Source: a virus. From it: 64,000 bases of DNA. The notes below the pieces were generated by a model that was not told the DNA's origin, made no database searches, and saw nothing but the letters and a program-made list of their open reading frames with translations. Position numbers and translations under genes: made by a program. Location: the IMG/VR virus record IMGVR_UViG_3300045988_183539; one strand, 5' to 3'. Of the stretch, positions 10,577 through 20,877 are shown piece by piece; the stretch's first letter is position 1, and every line of letters starts with the position of its first letter.

Positions 10577-11443
10577 ATGAGAAAAATAATAAATAATTTT
10601 GTACAAATATCTATTCTGTTATGTTTTATTGTAATTTTTAGTTCAAATAAAATAAATGTATATGCTTCAGATGATATTCCAACAGTAACACTTGATGCTG
10701 GACACGATAGCTTTCATACAGGAGCAACAGCAAATGAATTATATGAAGAAAAATTAAATTTAATAATTACAAATTATTGTAAAGATTATTTAGAAAAACA
10801 TTCTAATATTATTGTGTATTTATCAAGGGATAATTTTACCTGTCCTTATCCAGACACACCATATAAAGATTGTAATTATGAAAGGTTAATAAAAGCAAAA
10901 GAAGTAAATACAGACCTTTTTTATAGCATTCATTGTAATTATAGTCCACACGAATATATGAATGGAGCTAGTGTTATAATTCCAAATACAAATTTTAAAC
11001 CATATTTTTATGAAGAAGGAAATATATTAGCAAATATTATAAAAAATAATTATAGTAATTTAATTCCTGTTACAGAAATATATACAAGAAATTCAGATGA
11101 AGATGAAGAAACAATAGATAATTTCTATCCAGATGAAACAAGGGCTGATTATTATAATGTAAATAGAACAAGTAAATATAATGATTTTTTAGGAATTATT
11201 GTTGAACACGGATTTCTTTCTAATACAAATAATGCAGAAATTTTAAAGAATACAGATATTTTAAAACAAATAGGTGAAGCTGATGCAAAGTCTATAATAG
11301 AGTATTTTAAAAATAAAGGATATGATTGTGAATTAGAATATATAGAACAAAAAACAACACCCGATATTGATAAAGTAAAAGATTTATTTATAAAAGAAAG
11401 ATACAAAAAATTCAAATTTTTTATAGAATTTTTAAATAAATAA
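10577..11443 (+). CDS. N-acetylmuramoyl-L-alanine amidase (Amidase_3/CwlD-like) with signal peptide
   Basis: N-terminal hydrophobic signal; motifs TLDAGHDSFHTGAT, SIHCNY, EHGFLSN typical of the Amidase_3 fold. Confidence 0.7.
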   Translation: MRKIINNFVQISILLCFIVIFSSNKINVYASDDIPTVTLDAGHDSFHTGATANELYEEKLNLIITNYCKDYLEKHSNIIVYLSRDNFTCPYPDTPYKDCNYERLIKAKEVNTDLFYSIHCNYSPHEYMNGASVIIPNTNFKPYFYEEGNILANIIKNNYSNLIPVTEIYTRNSDEDEETIDNFYPDETRADYYNVNRTSKYNDFLGIIVEHGFLSNTNNAEILKNTDILKQIGEADAKSIIEYFKNKGYDCELEYIEQKTTPDIDKVKDLFIKERYKKFKFFIEFLNK

Positions 11444-11526
11444 CAACGCTTTTTTACACTTAACTACATTATTATTATAAAACTGTTTAATGGTTTTATA
11501 TTTTAATGAATAAAGGAGTAAAATAT

Positions 11527-13353
11527 ATGAACAAAAATGAGTATGTATCATATTTTTTAGAGGACATTGAAGAACTTTTGGTAGATAACGCTAAAAGCTT
11601 TTATAATATTAGTGCAGCTAAGACATATGATGATGACAAAAGTCCAATATTATTAGTAGGTTATCCTAATTCTGCAATGAGAGCATATGAAATCCCATAT
11701 ATAAAAAGAGATATTAAAAATGCTAATGATTATAGAGATATTTTAACAATTTATAGAGATAAAATAAGAGATTTAAAAACAAATATTATTCTTGATATAG
11801 AAAATTATGAAAATACTCTTGATAATATTAATAATTTTAGGAATACTCCAACAAATGTAGAAAATACAGAAATAGCAGAGGAAATTCCTAGAACAAGATT
11901 ACATTCAGATGAATATTATGAAGAGTACGATACAGATTATTATTCTGAATTTATTGATACAGTAAAAGATTGGATTAGAGATTATGAAGTAGAACATAAT
12001 TGTCATATTGATGATGGTGATTATGGAGCATTGTATAATGATTACAATAATAATGATGATAGCTTTTTAGAAACTATGCTTAGTAATCTTGATAAATTTA
12101 ATATAACTTATAATACTGTTTCAGAAGATAGGCAGGAAGAATTTGATAATGCTGTTCAGGACTTAACAAGTACAGAGGAACAGGAGAGTGAAAATCCTTT
12201 AGATACTGATGAAAGAATAGTTCTTAATCATACAGAAGATTATTATGAAGACTTTGACCCTTATGATTTTGAAGAATTTAAGGATGTTGTAAATGATTAT
12301 ATTGAAGATTACAATAAAACAGTTAGTGAAGACAAAAAAGTTCAGAGAGAATCTATTAGTGAATTTATATTAGAAGACCTTTATGAAAATGATTATTTAG
12401 ATGAGCCATTAAGCTTTTATCATTCTTTTTTAGAAGTTATGGAAGATAATATTGGAAAAATTGATTTTGAAGCAATAGAAAGACATAATTTAATTCCAGA
12501 TGAAAATGAATATATACCTCATCATACAAGAGATTATTATGAAGATTATGATACAGATTATTTAGATGAATTCATTGAAACAGCTAAAGAATGGATTGAA
12601 GATTATGAGCATCTAAATAGTGTGACTATAATAATAGATGATGAGGAATTTGAAGACTTAAATGCTATTTATCAGGATAATGATTATAGTTTTAATGCAA
12701 CAATGCTTGATAATATGGGTAAAGTATTCTATGTTATTAATCATCCAGAAGAATATTATAATAGATTAGATGGACTTATTAGCAATAAAGAACATTTTGA
12801 AAAAAATGCTAAGGAATGGATTAATGATAATTTTAAATACTTAGTTATTTTGTCTAAATCTGATATAGATAATATAGATTATAGTGAGATATATAATAAT
12901 TATTGTAATAATGGTATATCATTTGTTGATACAATGCTTAATAGTATGATTAATTATGATTATTTGATAGAAGACCCAAGAGAAGGTATGGTCTTTACTC
13001 AACCTATTAGCCATATTGTAACACAGCAAAATACTATAAATGAAACTGTAAGCACAAATAGAAGAACTCCACAAGAGCTTAGAGAACTTTATAATCAGGC
13101 AAAAGATTTTGAAAATGTAAGAAATAATCTTGAAAAATTCTTACTAACAGATGAAGATAAAACTAATAATAATATTTATGAAAATTCTGACGGGTTTGGT
13201 TATAGAATTATTTTTGATGATAATACTAAATTAAAAGTACCTAAGTCTATGATTACTAAATGGATAGATGATTATGGTATTGATTATATTGAAGAAAACT
13301 TGTTTAATAAGTCATTTGAATGTCAAGATAATGACGAAATATCTTTAGATTAA
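11527..13353 (+). CDS. highly acidic protein with three internal repeats (possible DNA-mimic/anti-restriction-like)
   Basis: AAAGGAG RBS 7 nt before ATG 11527 (the track ORF starts at 11506). Repeats of YYE-[ED]-[YF]D-x-DY...EFI-x-T-x-K-[DE]WI-x-DYE. Very high Asp/Glu/Tyr content. Confidence 0.55.
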   Translation: MNKNEYVSYFLEDIEELLVDNAKSFYNISAAKTYDDDKSPILLVGYPNSAMRAYEIPYIKRDIKNANDYRDILTIYRDKIRDLKTNIILDIENYENTLDNINNFRNTPTNVENTEIAEEIPRTRLHSDEYYEEYDTDYYSEFIDTVKDWIRDYEVEHNCHIDDGDYGALYNDYNNNDDSFLETMLSNLDKFNITYNTVSEDRQEEFDNAVQDLTSTEEQESENPLDTDERIVLNHTEDYYEDFDPYDFEEFKDVVNDYIEDYNKTVSEDKKVQRESISEFILEDLYENDYLDEPLSFYHSFLEVMEDNIGKIDFEAIERHNLIPDENEYIPHHTRDYYEDYDTDYLDEFIETAKEWIEDYEHLNSVTIIIDDEEFEDLNAIYQDNDYSFNATMLDNMGKVFYVINHPEEYYNRLDGLISNKEHFEKNAKEWINDNFKYLVILSKSDIDNIDYSEIYNNYCNNGISFVDTMLNSMINYDYLIEDPREGMVFTQPISHIVTQQNTINETVSTNRRTPQELRELYNQAKDFENVRNNLEKFLLTDEDKTNNNIYENSDGFGYRIIFDDNTKLKVPKSMITKWIDDYGIDYIEENLFNKSFECQDNDEISLD

Positions 13354-13435
13354 AAAATAATAATATAAAGTCCTTTAAAGTAATAATAATTGCATTATTT
13401 TAAAGGGCTTATATTTATATATAGTACAATAATAA

Positions 13436-13495
13436 ATCGAACATCTGTTGGGTGTCGAAATTGACTAAACTAGGAAAGAAATTTTTAGGTATTTA
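13436..13495 (+). repeat. copy A of the conserved ~55-nt noncoding element (ATCGAAC...GGTGYCGAAA-N-TGACTAAACTAG-rAAAr-TTTTTAGG)
   Basis: Near-identity to 29661-29725 and 58285-58341 seen directly in the sequence. Confidence 0.7.
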
Positions 13496-13529
13496 ATCAA
13501 TAAAAAGACAGATTATAAGGAGAGAAAAT

Positions 13530-14300
13530 ATGTATTGGGAAAATATAGAAGAACAAGTATGGAATAATGCTAGTTTTGTAAATAGTAAAGAAATACAAGA
13601 GATTAGAAGTAAACAATTTAAAAATCCTGTTATTTATGTTGATATGGATGGTACATTGTTTCAATGGAATAGATTAAAAAGTAAAGAATACCCAGATGGT
13701 GTTACTTTAGAAATGGTTTATTCACCTGGTTATTTTAGAAATTTAAAACCTAATTTAGGTATTTTAGAATTAGTAAATGCTTTACACGATAAAGGATATG
13801 ATATAAAGATAGCATCTAAATCTAGTTATACAGCTATAAAAGAAAAATTTGATAGCTTAATGGAATATTTACCTTTTTTAAACAAAAATGATATTTATTT
13901 TATTCCTTTAAATGCAAATAAGTCAGATTTTCTTCCAAATATAAAATCTAATGATATTTTAATAGATGACTATAATCCTAATTTAGATGAATTTAAAGGA
14001 AGTGTTATAAAATGTGTTACAGATATTAATACAATAAATCCTAAATACCCTTGGATTGAAAATAATGCTCCAGTTTATAAAAATATAGATAAAATAACTT
14101 GGACTTTAATAAGAGAATGGAAGTTTTCACAAAATTCAGAAAATCCTTTAAACTTTACAGATTTAAAATACATTTTTGATAAAAGTGTTATGTCTTTTGA
14201 AGATTTTTATAATATATGTAATGGTTTTAATATTAATTTAGATGAGTTTGCTTTTTTAAAAACAGAAAATGAAAAAGATGAAGAAGAAATAGAAATATAA
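13530..14300 (+). CDS. HAD-superfamily 5'(3')-deoxyribonucleotidase-like protein
   Basis: N-terminal VIYVDMDGTLFQW (DxDGT HAD motif I in the NT5C-like context); 256 aa. Confidence 0.55.
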   Translation: MYWENIEEQVWNNASFVNSKEIQEIRSKQFKNPVIYVDMDGTLFQWNRLKSKEYPDGVTLEMVYSPGYFRNLKPNLGILELVNALHDKGYDIKIASKSSYTAIKEKFDSLMEYLPFLNKNDIYFIPLNANKSDFLPNIKSNDILIDDYNPNLDEFKGSVIKCVTDINTINPKYPWIENNAPVYKNIDKITWTLIREWKFSQNSENPLNFTDLKYIFDKSVMSFEDFYNICNGFNINLDEFAFLKTENEKDEEEIEI

Positions 14301-14329
14301 AATAACAAAAATATATAATTTGATTTTTA

Positions 14330-14363
14330 AGTAAGAAATATTATAAAATTTCTTACTTTTTTT
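14330..14363 (+). terminator. rho-independent terminator
   Basis: agtaagaaat...atttcttact hairpin followed by TTTTTTT. Confidence 0.6.
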
Positions 14364-14374
14364 ATACATTTTTT

Positions 14375-14420
14375 TAATGAATTTGTCTTACATTTTCGCA
14401 TTATTATTATAAATAAAAAA
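14375..14420 (+). promoter_or_regulatory. terminator-proximal promoter cassette (family member)
   Basis: cattttcgcaTTATTATTATAAATAAAA matches the recurrent TTtACTTT-n-CACAyTATTATT-rTAtAAA module. Confidence 0.4.
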
Positions 14421-14477
14421 TTAGAAAAATAGGAATGTCATTTGACACTACCATAATAAATTAGGAGATATAAAAAT

Positions 14478-14693
14478 ATGACAAAAACAGAAGCGGTTAT
14501 TCTTGGTATTGATATTTATGATGTTTGTAAGAAAAGTAAGAATGAAACAGAAGCAATAAATAAAATCATTAATTTATTAAAACAAGAGAAATTAATAAAA
14601 ATAGATAAAGAAAATCTTTATGAATGTAAAGGACAAATGAGTATAACAGATTATCCAGAATATTTACCAGATGGTTATGAAATGGATAGATAA
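14478..14693 (+). CDS. hypothetical 71-aa protein
   Basis: ORF track; AGGAG RBS. Confidence 0.45.
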   Translation: MTKTEAVILGIDIYDVCKKSKNETEAINKIINLLKQEKLIKIDKENLYECKGQMSITDYPEYLPDGYEMDR

Positions 14694-14704
14694 GGAAGGT
14701 AAAA

Positions 14705-15802
14705 ATGGGGAAAATAATATACACAAATATAAATGAGATTAATAGTAAAATAAAAAATATGACATATAGTTGTTGCGTTGGTAATTATATTTCGGATAGC
14801 TGGAATAATATAATATGTGCTTACGCTAAAAATGATAATAATATTCCTGTTAATTGGCTTAATGATTTAAGACGTATTAATAATATTTTAGAAAATAGTA
14901 TTTTAGAAAAAATGTTAGAAGATAAACATAGTTGTGGTTTATATGAGAAATGTAAAGATAATAAAGATAAATTGTTAGGAGTAATCTATAATAATTTTTT
15001 ATATATGCCTATAAATAAAGATAATACATATTATATTGAAACTATTTGTAAGAATAATAAATTAAATACAGCAGAAGATATTGAAATGAAAGAGTACAAA
15101 TGGAAAGATATAGAATTAAGTCTTAAAGTGTTAGATGATTTTAAGGAATATGGTTTTAATATTGATTTGGCTCAAAAATATTATAATTTAAAAGGTAAAG
15201 ATAAAAACTTACTTATTAAAATATTAGATAGTAAAACAATAAGATATAGTAAGAATAACAAACCATATATAAATAATGTTAAATTATATAAGGTTATTTA
15301 TGAATGTATAAATAAGAATGAATTAGAATTAGCTGTCTCTGTAAAAGATAGTTTTAATAAATTACATTTTCTGCCTAATTACATTAAAAAAGATAGTAAA
15401 GATTATATAGCAGACATATCTTTTATAACAAGTAATGTTTATGATAAAATATCACACTTTTATGGAGAAAATGGAAAGCAAATCTTTTTTGATAATATTA
15501 AATTTAATACATTTTTAGAACAATTTAGCCCTTATTATTTTGAAAATCCTATAACTAAGGAAAGAACATATTTACCTATAACAAAAGATATTAATACGAA
15601 TAAGTTTATTACTTTTAATGAGTTAAATGAAATAATTAAGGAAAATTTCTACATTAAAAGATATAGTAAAGATTTTAAACATTACGAATGTGTACATAAT
15701 TTAGAAGATATTATTGATATTGATATAAATGATTATATAGATTTAAAAGGATATTCTTATTATAAAGACAAAGAAAAAATAGATTATGAATTAGATAAGT
15801 AA
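14705..15802 (+). CDS. hypothetical 365-aa protein
   Basis: ORF track; GGAAGG RBS; no recognisable motifs. Confidence 0.5.
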   Translation: MGKIIYTNINEINSKIKNMTYSCCVGNYISDSWNNIICAYAKNDNNIPVNWLNDLRRINNILENSILEKMLEDKHSCGLYEKCKDNKDKLLGVIYNNFLYMPINKDNTYYIETICKNNKLNTAEDIEMKEYKWKDIELSLKVLDDFKEYGFNIDLAQKYYNLKGKDKNLLIKILDSKTIRYSKNNKPYINNVKLYKVIYECINKNELELAVSVKDSFNKLHFLPNYIKKDSKDYIADISFITSNVYDKISHFYGENGKQIFFDNIKFNTFLEQFSPYYFENPITKERTYLPITKDINTNKFITFNELNEIIKENFYIKRYSKDFKHYECVHNLEDIIDIDINDYIDLKGYSYYKDKEKIDYELDK

Positions 15803-15920
15803 TGATAAAAGGTAGTCTATATAATAGATTACCTTTACTTTTTGTAATAAATAGGATTATAATACAAACATTAAAAGTTTTTAGATAAAGTCGTAAATAT
15901 TAAATTAAGGAGAGTGAATT

Positions 15921-17450
15921 ATGTTATTTAAAAAAAGAAATAGAGGTTATTATGAACATTTAAAAGGCTTATATGAAGAGTCAGATGAAGCCTTAAAGGA
16001 AAGAAAAAGAAAAGAAGAAGAGCAATTAAAAAAGTTAGAACTATATGGACTTAGTGCAAAACCACCAGAACCAGAAAAATTTAAGCCAAAGTATTTTGAT
16101 ATGCCTAAAAGTATAGCTTGTAATTTTAATCCTAATAATTTTGCTATTGATTATTGGAGAAATATTGAAAAAGAAAAATTTGATGACCAAGCTTATGGGT
16201 TAATTGAAGACAAATTTATGGGAGATGCAGCTTATATTTCTGCGGATTATATAAAAGATGCAATATATTACATAATTAAAACGTATTGGCTTCGTCCTAA
16301 AGTAGCCAAGAAATATAAAAAAGAAATAGAATGGGCTAATTATTTTATTTCTGAAGATTTACCTCGTGTTTTAAATAACCAGCATATGTATGTAGACCAT
16401 TTAAATAAAGAAATTTATGCGGCAGATATAAATACTATCTATGAAGAAATGGAACGTAGGTTTAGGTATAATCCAATTTTAATTCCTAAAGATAGAAATG
16501 TAATAGATGATACCTATGAACATAAGGCTTTTTACAACAAATGTATTTTTAAAGATTATGTAAATCTTCAAAAATATAATGGTTATGACCCATATTATTT
16601 TGATTACATCAAATTTGGATATTCTATTGAAACAGCATTTATGCTTTTAAAAGATGCAGGAAGATATGGTTATGACCCAGGTCTTCAGGGAGTATATCTT
16701 GAAAGTGATTTAAGAGCTATATTAAGATATAGAGATACATTAAAAATAACCAAAGAAGAATTCTTAGCTTTAGATGATTTAGGTAAATCTCTTGTAATGA
16801 GAGCTGCAATAGAAAGTGATATAGGGTTATTTATGTTTCCTGCACCAATAAAAATAGAATACGAAAAAGCGAAAATATGGTTGTATAATGAATATGCGAA
16901 TACAATTAAAAAAGGTCGTAGAAAAATTAATGAAGAAATGTATTTAGAAGAGATATTTGAAACAAATTTTGGAGAAAATCCTATGATTTCAGACCTCATA
17001 CATCCTATTTTTTATTATGATGAAAATAATCATTTTAAAGAACTGCCAGGTTATTTTTTCCAAGATAAAGAAGGAAATATTGATAAACGAAGTTTTACTA
17101 CATTAGCGGAGATGAATTATGAAACAGCAAATACTATGGTATTTGTTCCAAAACCAAATTATGAAGATATAAAAGAGCCTGGTGTTAGTAAAAAAATAGG
17201 TACTCATATATGTGAAATGGAAAAAGATAAGCCAGTTAATACAGGAAAAGTATTTTCTATTAAGGATTTTTTTAATTATGAAAGATTATATGAAGACTTG
17301 ATGTATTATTACAATGATAAATTTAGAAAAGAAAAAGGAACAAATTACAAAGGTATAAAATGTCCTTCAGTAAAAATGACAAAAGAAGATGGTTATAAGG
17401 AAACTGACAACCAATATGGAAAAGTATTAGATTTGGATTTAAGATTATAA
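15921..17450 (+). CDS. hypothetical 509-aa protein
   Basis: ORF track; AAGGAG RBS. Confidence 0.5.
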   Translation: MLFKKRNRGYYEHLKGLYEESDEALKERKRKEEEQLKKLELYGLSAKPPEPEKFKPKYFDMPKSIACNFNPNNFAIDYWRNIEKEKFDDQAYGLIEDKFMGDAAYISADYIKDAIYYIIKTYWLRPKVAKKYKKEIEWANYFISEDLPRVLNNQHMYVDHLNKEIYAADINTIYEEMERRFRYNPILIPKDRNVIDDTYEHKAFYNKCIFKDYVNLQKYNGYDPYYFDYIKFGYSIETAFMLLKDAGRYGYDPGLQGVYLESDLRAILRYRDTLKITKEEFLALDDLGKSLVMRAAIESDIGLFMFPAPIKIEYEKAKIWLYNEYANTIKKGRRKINEEMYLEEIFETNFGENPMISDLIHPIFYYDENNHFKELPGYFFQDKEGNIDKRSFTTLAEMNYETANTMVFVPKPNYEDIKEPGVSKKIGTHICEMEKDKPVNTGKVFSIKDFFNYERLYEDLMYYYNDKFRKEKGTNYKGIKCPSVKMTKEDGYKETDNQYGKVLDLDLRL

Positions 17451-17634
17451 AATTAATCAAATTATAGTTAAAACATAAAAAAAGTAATAAAAAATTGTAA
17501 ATACTAAACAAAAAATATTATATTCTGTTAAAAATATTTATAATATTTTCACAAAAGCTATTGATTTTCCTTCATATATGTTATATTATAACACCACAAA
17601 ATATTTGTTAAAATATGGAAAAGAGGTAGGAAAT

Positions 17635-17994
17635 ATGGCTTCAAAAAAAAGGGACATTTATAATTTAAAATCCATAAAAGATGAATTAAATTCCTACAAT
17701 AGTGACGTTTGTAATTTAGTGGAAAAGGAACAAACTATTGTAAATAAGGCATTTTTTTATTTTTTAGAAGAGTACAGAAGAGAAGATTTTATTTCTGAAT
17801 TAGAAAGGACAAAATACAGCAGACTTGAACTTAATGAACTTAAAACACTCTTTAGTATGTATAATGAAGATAATTTCGACTTGAATACGGTAAGAAAGCT
17901 GGTCAGAGCTGTAAACCACATAGATGAAGCAAATAAGTATGAAAAGGAATGTGGAGATACTCTATTTAAAAAGATAGGAAGTAAAGGTTTTTAG
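17635..17994 (+). CDS. hypothetical protein
   Basis: Internal ATG with GAGGTAGG RBS preferred over the track start 17578. Confidence 0.4.
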   Translation: MASKKRDIYNLKSIKDELNSYNSDVCNLVEKEQTIVNKAFFYFLEEYRREDFISELERTKYSRLELNELKTLFSMYNEDNFDLNTVRKLVRAVNHIDEANKYEKECGDTLFKKIGSKGF

Positions 17995-18033
17995 GAATAA
18001 AGTTGTAGAAAGGTCATATAAAAAGGCTAAAAT

Positions 18034-18390
18034 ATGATGAATGAGTTAAATATATATATAAAGTTTGATTACGAAAAGTTCTTAACAAAGGTAAACAATT
18101 ATTTTAATGATAATGAAATAGATAGAAAGGAGTATAAACGGACAGTATTTGCCCCAGAAGATAAAGGGTATGTAATTTCAATAAACAGAAATAATATTTA
18201 TATTACTTATTTTAATGAAGAAGGACTTAATATCGTAAATCAATTTATTAATGAAAATATCGTGAACCAAGTAATAATATTACAATATAATAACCAAGTA
18301 GACGAAGTAATAACAAACCTAAAAAACAGAAATACTGTTATAAAAGAAGAGTGTAGTAATAGTAAAATACTAATAAGTTCAGGTGTATAA
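18034..18390 (+). CDS. hypothetical 118-aa protein
   Basis: ORF track. Confidence 0.45.
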   Translation: MMNELNIYIKFDYEKFLTKVNNYFNDNEIDRKEYKRTVFAPEDKGYVISINRNNIYITYFNEEGLNIVNQFINENIVNQVIILQYNNQVDEVITNLKNRNTVIKEECSNSKILISSGV

Positions 18391-18408
18391 ATATAGCGGA
18401 GTAACGAT

Positions 18409-18816
18409 ATGGATAATAAACAAAACAAAAATCCAATAAATTTATATGATATTTCTGAAATAGCAATCTTTATAATTATAGTTTTTTTAATATTTATCCG
18501 TATATTTTGCAGAGATAAAGACTATATTTGGATATGGGTTGTAAATTTCATAGGGATGATGATTTCTTTTATCAATTTATTTATAAATCGTATTAATTCA
18601 AAAGATGCAGAAAAAGAAAAGAGAATAATACAATCATTAGAAGGATTAATTTTTTGTTTATTATTTGTAGTCATATTTTTTATTTTTGTAGCATATTTTA
18701 ACAAAATTGTATATTCAGATACATTTAATGATGTTATTACATTGTTGGCTGTATTATTTAGTATTGGTAATAAAATATGGAATGTTATATTTAGTATAAT
18801 TGAAGAATATATATAA
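18409..18816 (+). CDS. small integral membrane protein
   Basis: Three or more hydrophobic helices. Confidence 0.45.
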   Translation: MDNKQNKNPINLYDISEIAIFIIIVFLIFIRIFCRDKDYIWIWVVNFIGMMISFINLFINRINSKDAEKEKRIIQSLEGLIFCLLFVVIFFIFVAYFNKIVYSDTFNDVITLLAVLFSIGNKIWNVIFSIIEEYI

Positions 18817-18832
18817 GATAGGAAAACATAAA

Positions 18833-19495
18833 ATGAAGATATTTAGTAAAAGATATACGGTATATGGTAAATTTTCAAAAATAAAATCATCACCTGCTTG
18901 TACAGAAAAAATATTTAATGTATTAAATAAAGATGATTTTTTACCATTTAATATTCAGGTTTTTCAAATAAACAAAGACAAAGACCAAATTGTAAAAACA
19001 TTACAACCAGGCTTTGTAAATAAAGAGAAAAATATAGAAATAACATTTATGCCTGATAAAATTGAGATAACAATAAAAAATAATTTTAGTGATATGCTTT
19101 CTATGGTTATTAATTATATTAATCAATTTAGTGAAATTTTTAATATAAAAATAGAAGCTTTTTCACTAGAAACAGTTTTACAGTTAAGAAATATTGATTT
19201 AAATTTAAGCAACTCAATAAAAAACAAAATAATACCTTCTAATTCATTATTTTATGAAGCAGATGATATAGTATGGCAGGTTGCACATAAAAAGAAAATA
19301 CACAAACAGGACAATGACATTATTATGTCTGAAAGAATAAATTGTTCAGAAGAAAGTGAAAGTTTAGCTAAGATAGAATATGATATAATTATGAATGTCA
19401 AGAAAAATAAAGATATATCAAATGAAGAACATCTTAAAGAATTAGATAGTATGACAAATACAAATATTTCTGATATAGAAAGGGTGTTAGGATAG
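18833..19495 (+). CDS. hypothetical protein
   Basis: Second ATG with AGGAAAA RBS; the track start 18800 overlaps the previous gene. Confidence 0.45.
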   Translation: MKIFSKRYTVYGKFSKIKSSPACTEKIFNVLNKDDFLPFNIQVFQINKDKDQIVKTLQPGFVNKEKNIEITFMPDKIEITIKNNFSDMLSMVINYINQFSEIFNIKIEAFSLETVLQLRNIDLNLSNSIKNKIIPSNSLFYEADDIVWQVAHKKKIHKQDNDIIMSERINCSEESESLAKIEYDIIMNVKKNKDISNEEHLKELDSMTNTNISDIERVLG

Positions 19496-20082
19496 TGATT
19501 TATATTTCAGAAGGTGACTTAAAAGTTATAAAGCCTACAGATATAATATTTTGTAGAAAACCAGATAAAGATTTAGAAAAATATTATATTTCTGTAGAAG
19601 AAAATGAGAAATTAACTATTATTTTTGAAAGAGCTGCACAAGAGATAATATCTTCTTTAAACTGGAATGATTTAAAGATAGGTGAGATTAATGAAATGGA
19701 AAATATTGTTCGTGAATTAATCTCAGCTACATCATATTCAAAGGTATTAGAATGGTTAAATCGTTTATATTTAGAGTATAATGAAAATAACTTATTCTTA
19801 TGCACATTATTTCATACATTATCACATATGGATTATGATGATATATACCCTACAGCACCAACAATGGCAATGTCAGCATTAAATAATAATAATGATATTG
19901 TTGTTAGATATGCCGTTAAAGCTTTTTCAAATTGGAACTCAAAAGATTGTATTAAATATATGCGTAATAATACGCCTAAACAAGATTGGGTTAGAAAAGA
20001 ATGGCAACAAGTAATAGACTATATAAAAATAAATGGTGATGAAGTAGATGAGTTACTTAATAAGGATGATTGGTCAGAATAA
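19495..20082 (+). CDS. hypothetical 195-aa protein
   Basis: ORF track; GTG-ATT overlap with the previous stop. Confidence 0.45.
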   Translation: MIYISEGDLKVIKPTDIIFCRKPDKDLEKYYISVEENEKLTIIFERAAQEIISSLNWNDLKIGEINEMENIVRELISATSYSKVLEWLNRLYLEYNENNLFLCTLFHTLSHMDYDDIYPTAPTMAMSALNNNNDIVVRYAVKAFSNWNSKDCIKYMRNNTPKQDWVRKEWQQVIDYIKINGDEVDELLNKDDWSE

Positions 20083-20701
20083 AGAGTGGGTTCAGACCGC
20101 AAAACAAATAAATAATTTAGGTTCAATCTCTGCTGATGCAATAAGTGATTTACATTCAACAGATAACTGTATATCAACGTGGGATGTTAATAATAAAAAT
20201 AAAGATGATGTAAAGAAAGGAATACAAGCTTTAACATCTGGATTTAGGGCATTAGAAGATATAAAAATAGTATATTTAGATTTTGATAAATTAATAACTT
20301 CAGGATTTAATATAATACAAACTAATGGTTTAACCAAAATAAAAAATTATGAAAAACTACATAGAGATATTTCAGATTTGAATTCTGATAAATTACAAAA
20401 TTTAGCAAAAATTATTTTAGAAGAAGTATGGAGCAAAAATACTGAAATAATACACAAACAGGATATTATTTGTTATTTAATAGAAGCTTTAAATGATGGG
20501 TTATTAGAATTTAATAGTTTAGAAAAAAATGTAAAACAGGAATTAGCTTCAAATATAAATAAACAGTTAAAAAAAGGTAAATTAAAAGAAAGTGATTTTG
20601 ATAAAAAGGTATTAGATGATATAAAAGAACAGATTAAAAAACAAAATAAAAAGACAAATTGTCGTTATGAAGAATTTTGTGAAAGATATAATAAAAAATA
20701 A
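20048..20701 (+). CDS. hypothetical 217-aa protein
   Basis: ORF track. Confidence 0.4.
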   Translation: MSYLIRMIGQNKEWVQTAKQINNLGSISADAISDLHSTDNCISTWDVNNKNKDDVKKGIQALTSGFRALEDIKIVYLDFDKLITSGFNIIQTNGLTKIKNYEKLHRDISDLNSDKLQNLAKIILEEVWSKNTEIIHKQDIICYLIEALNDGLLEFNSLEKNVKQELASNINKQLKKGKLKESDFDKKVLDDIKEQIKKQNKKTNCRYEEFCERYNKK

Positions 20702-20788
20702 TTTATGTACCATTTAACATCTATTAAGAATGAGTTTAAAAAACTATTTTCTTAATAGGTGTTTTTTTGTTGTTAAAAAAGTGTACAT

Positions 20789-20822
20789 TATTTTTACTTT
20801 TCCACATTACTAGATATAGAAA
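20789..20822 (+). promoter_or_regulatory. promoter cassette family member
   Basis: TTTTTACTTTTCCACATTACTAGATATAGAA. Confidence 0.35.
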
Positions 20823-20877
20823 CAAAAAAAATAAAACAACTATATATTGTTTTTTTATAGAAAGTGATGTGATTAGT

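Noticed and set aside
13436-13495. Interpretation of the triplicated element as a hammerhead or other small self-cleaving ribozyme
   Set aside because: CGAAA is present, but the hammerhead CUGANGA core and a stem II in the right register are absent. I cannot match the twister, pistol or hatchet consensus from memory. This is left open, not asserted.
14442-14470. TTGACA hexamer upstream of 14478 as a canonical -35
   Set aside because: The spacing to any -10-like hexamer is only about 6 nt. The cassette motif at 14375-14420 is the more likely promoter.
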